A DNA stretch of 64,000 nucleotides. Origin: a virus. Below are positions 59,737 through 64,000 of this stretch, one piece after another (positions within the stretch are counted from its first letter, which is position 1; each line of letters begins with the position of its first letter). Location of the stretch: the IMG/VR virus record IMGVR_UViG_3300043470_000815. The stretch is one strand, 5' to 3'. Below the pieces are notes generated by a model, which was given only the letters and a program-made list of their open reading frames with translations, was not told the origin of the DNA and did no database searches. The position numbers and the translations under genes are program-made.

Positions 59737-61239
59737 TTAAAACTTTTTTAATCCTTCTTTCGTGAACATTATAGTGTTACCTTTCTGATCTTTTCCTTCT
59801 ATACGGAGAACGTCAATGTCATACTTTTTAGTGGATTTTAGTATCAAATCCAAGAAATACGCTGTCCAATATGTTGCATCTGCATAATCCGAACCCGGTA
59901 ACAGACCTAACCCCCGATTAATGAAAAATTCAGTAATTTCAGTATTTAATTTTTTCAATTCATCAGCCGCAAATAAGGTTGTTTTATATGAAACAATATC
60001 AATTTTAGTAATTGTTACAATTTCACCCGCCGCTAAATCTACATTATTTAATAATACGGGTTCTTTACTTTTAGTCGAACCATTACCAACAATCGACCAA
60101 CCAATCGAATAATTAACATTTAATGTAAATGATAAATCGCGAACGGTATGGGTGGGTGGATTTACTGGAGGGACTGGTGGATTAACAGGGCCGCCCGTTG
60201 GAATATCTTTAGGATTTTTATCCAATATAGACTTCACAAACGCATAACCATAACCTGTTTCATTGTCCTTACCTGCTGGTAAAATGTCCGATGCAACCCA
60301 CGCCATGTATTTTTTCATAACATCTGTATTGGCTAATACCTTACCCCATTTACTTAACGCAATTGCACATAAGGCGGATTGAAAAGGTGTTGCCATTGAA
60401 GTACCTGACAATGATGCGTATTGTTGATTTAGATAAGTAGATGTGATATTACGTCCCGGTTCAGACATCCAAACTTCCGGCCCGAATGTTGAAAATGAAC
60501 TACGTTTTAGGTTCTGATCTAAACTACCAACCCCAATTACATGTTCACTGTTACCGGGATAATTTACGCCCAAAGTACCTGTATTTCCAGCCGCTATACA
60601 ATAAATTACACCTAATTCTTTAGATGCTTTCAATGCAGCCTCGGTTGGAGCGTATTTTGCAGTACCACCACCCAAAGACATATTTACAACTACGAATGTT
60701 CCTTGATTTAAATAATTTTTATTTTCTAAATCTTCGGTTTTAACAGCATTTGCAACCCATTCAAATGAACCCGATCCTTGGTCATTCAGAACTTTGACAG
60801 GTTTAAATTGTAATAAACCCGCTTGTACCAAACTACGTGCAAGACCTAAGTTTTTACTTCCAATAATACCTGCCACATGTGTACTATGACCTTGAACGTC
60901 CACCAATGAACCTGCTGGTGATGTAAAATTTGAACCAGTCAATTGACCATCTTTTAAATCATTATGGTCATACTTTGAAGCGGTATCAAATACTTTAACA
61001 ACAACTTTATTTTTACATTCAGTTGTTAAACGCGTGATTAATTCATCGGGCAAAAGTAAATCTTCGCCCCAATTGGTTGGCCCTGCCAACACGTCACGTT
61101 TTGAAATTACTTTATCGGGTTTACCTTCCCCGGGAAATGGTGTAATGTCAAATGATTGACTAAATGTTACATTTGTTATAAAAAGTAACGCGATTGATAG
61201 GAATTGTTTCATTATGTTTTTAATTTTTGTTTTAACCAA
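59737..61239 (-). CDS. secreted subtilisin-like serine peptidase (S8)
   Basis: Triad VFDT / GHSTHVAG / GTSMATP; AAGN; signal peptide. Confidence 0.9.
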   Translation of the reverse strand: MVKTKIKNIMKQFLSIALLFITNVTFSQSFDITPFPGEGKPDKVISKRDVLAGPTNWGEDLLLPDELITRLTTECKNKVVVKVFDTASKYDHNDLKDGQLTGSNFTSPAGSLVDVQGHSTHVAGIIGSKNLGLARSLVQAGLLQFKPVKVLNDQGSGSFEWVANAVKTEDLENKNYLNQGTFVVVNMSLGGGTAKYAPTEAALKASKELGVIYCIAAGNTGTLGVNYPGNSEHVIGVGSLDQNLKRSSFSTFGPEVWMSEPGRNITSTYLNQQYASLSGTSMATPFQSALCAIALSKWGKVLANTDVMKKYMAWVASDILPAGKDNETGYGYAFVKSILDKNPKDIPTGGPVNPPVPPVNPPTHTVRDLSFTLNVNYSIGWSIVGNGSTKSKEPVLLNNVDLAAGEIVTITKIDIVSYKTTLFAADELKKLNTEITEFFINRGLGLLPGSDYADATYWTAYFLDLILKSTKKYDIDVLRIEGKDQKGNTIMFTKEGLKKF

Positions 61240-61281
61240 TACAGTTAATATGTATAAATATATACCACATAATAAAAAACA

Positions 61282-61884
61282 CTATCCAACGTTATAAACA
61301 GTCCCAAAATATCCAACCAAATCACCTTTATCGGATTTTAATTGATTACCGTGAATTTGAATTGAAATTTCTTGACCAGTTGGTGTAATATAGATCATAT
61401 TCATATTGAATACCATTTTATTTTTTACGGCATGTTCCCATTCTGACATGACATCTTTTTTATCATCTTCATGTATCCAATTCATCCAATCATTTCCCTT
61501 TAGTTCACTTTCGGTTCGTTCCGTGATTCGACATAATGTTAAATTAACATCAATCCAACTACCTGAACTATCTGTTATAAATGTACCATACGGCATTGAT
61601 TTTAACAGTGCTAAAAGTTTCTGATCTTGTAATTCGACCTTAGATTCAATTCGATTAATTGCGTCACGAATAGAAGAGCCGCCATTTGGCTTCAATTCTA
61701 ATTCAATTCGATCTATTTTTGGTTTTAAATCTACAATTGTTTGTAAATTTTTATGAGCGAGTTTTATTTCGTCCCATTTTGCTTTTAACCAAAATTTCCA
61801 AAGTAATCCTAAGCCGCCAGTAACGGGTGCGAGTAGTTTTAACCATTCGCCTAATCCTTTTAAAAGTATCTCCATGTGATACAT
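61282..61884 (-). CDS. membrane-anchored coiled-coil plus PAS-domain protein
   Basis: N-terminal TM, LKPNGGSSIRDAINRIE, PAS signature D..G.W..VN...G.DW..WIH.DD...V...W. Confidence 0.8.
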   Translation of the reverse strand: MYHMEILLKGLGEWLKLLAPVTGGLGLLWKFWLKAKWDEIKLAHKNLQTIVDLKPKIDRIELELKPNGGSSIRDAINRIESKVELQDQKLLALLKSMPYGTFITDSSGSWIDVNLTLCRITERTESELKGNDWMNWIHEDDKKDVMSEWEHAVKNKMVFNMNMIYITPTGQEISIQIHGNQLKSDKGDLVGYFGTVYNVG

Positions 61885-61967
61885 AAATATATCACATTAT
61901 TTAAAATCACATCCTATTTTAAATTGAACCAAACAATTCTTACTTGGGGGGTTGGTTTTTCTAAATA

Positions 61968-62189
61968 TTATTTCAAAATTTTATTCTTCAAATACACTTT
62001 TCCATATTGGGAATTTATGTATTGTTTTTCACGTCTAACATCATAAAAAACCTGATATATAGAATCCTTGTAAATTGCAAGAATTTCTAATTCAGATTTT
62101 GATTCATAATTTGCGTATATATATGTCATATACGATGCTTTTTGCACTTTACATGAAGTCAGCAATAAGCAAATTAATAACATTCGCAT
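61968..62189 (-). CDS. small lipoprotein (spanin candidate)
   Basis: LLICLLLTSC lipobox. Confidence 0.5.
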   Translation of the reverse strand: MRMLLICLLLTSCKVQKASYMTYIYANYESKSELEILAIYKDSIYQVFYDVRREKQYINSQYGKVYLKNKILK

Positions 62190-62476
62190 GTGGTTGGACG
62201 TGTGTTTAATGTGTCAATTACTTCTTTAGAAAAACGAAAATATCCAATTGTATCGGTATTTGCCAGCATTGGTTTGATTTCCGTTTCAAGTTCACACTTA
62301 TCGGTATTTAAATACCATGTTTCGGGTTCATTAAATACAACGTATTGGTGTTTGTTATCGGGTAGCCAGCAAATAGTATAGTCGTATTGCGTGATCTTGC
62401 AACGCAACGGTTTACATTCGTCTTTAGTGCAAGATGTGAATAAAAGTATTGATAATAGTAATATATAATTTTTCAT
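62174..62476 (-). CDS. small lipoprotein (spanin candidate)
   Basis: LLLSILLFTSC lipobox. Confidence 0.5.
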   Translation of the reverse strand: MKNYILLLSILLFTSCTKDECKPLRCKITQYDYTICWLPDNKHQYVVFNEPETWYLNTDKCELETEIKPMLANTDTIGYFRFSKEVIDTLNTRPTTCECY

Positions 62477-62986
62477 TTATTTATAAAGATATTTAAAAAT
62501 GTACCATAATACTGCATACACACATAAAAATGGTGTGATTATTACGATTAAAATGGTGGTGATAATTGGCCAAAATGGATTATAGGTATAATTCAAATAA
62601 CCCAACCCACCAGCAACTATTAAGCAAAATATTACAAAGAATAAATTACTTGTGATTTGTCGATAATTCATATTTTAAATTAAAATTGCTTCTTGTGTAA
62701 AAATAATAGGTAATTCATATCCCGGCTCACAAAGTATTTGCTTACCAAACATGACTTCATCACATATTTTTGTATTACTTCGGTCAATAGGATTTTCACG
62801 AATATAATCAATTACATCATCAATATCCATAAACGTCTTGATTGGTTGGTATCCGTACCAATGTCCTTTATTAATGTAACCCCAAATTTGATATACTTTC
62901 ATATTTTATTAAATTTTTAACTGTTTAAATATACATGGTAAATGAATTTCATTTCCTAAAAGAATCAAATATAAAATTTGATGTTA

Positions 62987-63037
62987 CAAAGATACAGACC
63001 TTATTTGGGTTTCACAACCCCATTAACATTTCGTTTA
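62987..63037 (-). promoter_or_regulatory. early promoter plus dyad
   Basis: TAAAC-N5-GTTAA-N5-TTG-N20-TATCTTTG. Confidence 0.8.
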
Positions 63038-63681
63038 CGATTTAAGTGCATTTCAGCATAAAATTTAACACGCTGTTTGAATTTCCAAAACAACCCATCC
63101 TCCAGTTTTTGATCCCAATAATTTACATCGGGTTTACCAGTTTTTGGATTGATATAACTGAATTTAGGACAATGTTTACCAGTAACGTCGTGGTGACGAA
63201 CGACACGTCCCAAGTCCACTTCATATTTTGAATTGTAAAATCCTTTATTTATCAATTGCCAACCAACCGATTGGGCGGTCATTTCCAAAATCAAAGAATC
63301 ATTACGACCGCCACCCAAACACATTTCATAAGATAATGAATTATTATTTAATATCTTACTTTTTAACCAAGGTTTAGGTATAAAACCAAACCAATGCCTG
63401 TCACCAACCGCGTATGCAACATTATGTTCTTCGGTGCATTGTAATATTTCAGTATCATCGACGCAATAGTGTGTACCAGCCTGACGTTTTTTTTGTAAAT
63501 ATTTTGCATTGGCCTCGGCATCGGCATTTTCACCGAGATTAGCAGTGTAGTGAATAACAATGTATTCTATTGACCGATTTCGTTGTTTTTTGGTATTATC
63601 CAAGATTTTACGAAAACTTATCATTGAAATTATCATTATCACTAATGATATTAACAATATTATTTTATATTTATTTTTCAT
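63001..63681 (-). CDS. N-acetylmuramoyl-L-alanine amidase (Amidase_2) endolysin with N-terminal TM
   Basis: YIVIHYT, THYCVD, AYAVG, RHHDVTGKHCP. Confidence 0.9.
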   Translation of the reverse strand: MKNKYKIILLISLVIMIISMISFRKILDNTKKQRNRSIEYIVIHYTANLGENADAEANAKYLQKKRQAGTHYCVDDTEILQCTEEHNVAYAVGDRHWFGFIPKPWLKSKILNNNSLSYEMCLGGGRNDSLILEMTAQSVGWQLINKGFYNSKYEVDLGRVVRHHDVTGKHCPKFSYINPKTGKPDVNYWDQKLEDGLFWKFKQRVKFYAEMHLNRKRNVNGVVKPK

Positions 63682-64000
63682 AGGATTTACTTACTTTTAA
63701 TTTGTTTTCTTCGGTTATTTGTTCTACGTATTGGAAATTGTGATTCCATAAAGCGAGTTCCATTTTACGACGACGGTTGTGTGATTTTCTTATATTTTTA
63801 TTAGATGAACCACAACCTTTTGATGCGTGGCAGCATTTACCCAATGACGAACCCGATTTAGTTAAACCACAATTATATGAATACAATTGAAGTGCAAGAT
63901 TTTTATATGGATCGGAATGTAATTTACCATATTTTTTAAGTTCCCTAACAGTTATTGCAGTTGCTTCATTATATGAAATTCGTCCATCTGTTAAATATTC
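63671..64000 (-). CDS. 3' part of a GH24-like phage lysozyme, open to the right edge
   Basis: 38 further sense codons upstream of the track's TTG; ALQLYSYNCG...RRRKMELALW matches the GH24 C-terminal pattern. Confidence 0.6.
   Translation of the reverse strand, partial: EYLTDGRISYNEATAITVRELKKYGKLHSDPYKNLALQLYSYNCGLTKSGSSLGKCCHASKGCGSSNKNIRKSHNRRRKMELALWNHNFQYVEQITEENKLKVSKSYEK

Noticed and set aside
5933-63560. Many short ORFs antisense to, or nested in, long genes (for example 5933, 9529, 11696, 25127, 51779, 52298, 59921)
   Set aside because: They overlap well-supported CDSs and have shadow-like composition.
1-64000. Alternative genetic code (stop-codon recoding), common in some jumbo phages
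   Set aside because: Long genes are intact under the standard code; the one disruptive TGA (28873) also needs a frame change; no suppressor tRNA was seen.

Overview
Segment of a very AT-rich, large contractile-tailed (myovirus-like, probably jumbo) phage genome, almost all coded on the minus strand. The host is inferred to be Bacteroidota: 16 promoters match the -33 TTG / -7 TAnnTTTG consensus, leaders are A-rich without Shine-Dalgarno sites, and several ORFs are lipoproteins or secreted enzymes. Layout: 1-21.5 kb virion/baseplate genes, one of them split by a previously unannotated 270-nt group I intron; 21.5-39.8 kb small early genes with two RNA ligases, a kinase and a frameshifted phosphoesterase, plus a plus-strand island of tail tube and tail chaperone genes; 39.8-42.5 kb a repeat-rich non-coding region between divergent promoters (origin or terminus candidate); 42.5-51.3 kb accessory genes; 51.4-59.4 kb a TROVE/Ro60-like (DUF2828-type) VWA gene next to a tRNA cluster; 59.7-64 kb a subtilase and a lysis region. 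The best candidate for an undescribed system is the 51.4-59.4 kb block. Besides ordinary tRNAs it holds about ten tRNA-chimeric or hairpin RNAs. Seven carry an exact ACTTACAA octamer and two a variant, grafted onto tRNA scaffolds in different topologies, including a circularly permuted YrlA-like form. An eighth exact copy sits in a hairpin over the start codon of the Ro60-like gene. All annotation was done by eye, with no database searches or folding programs.
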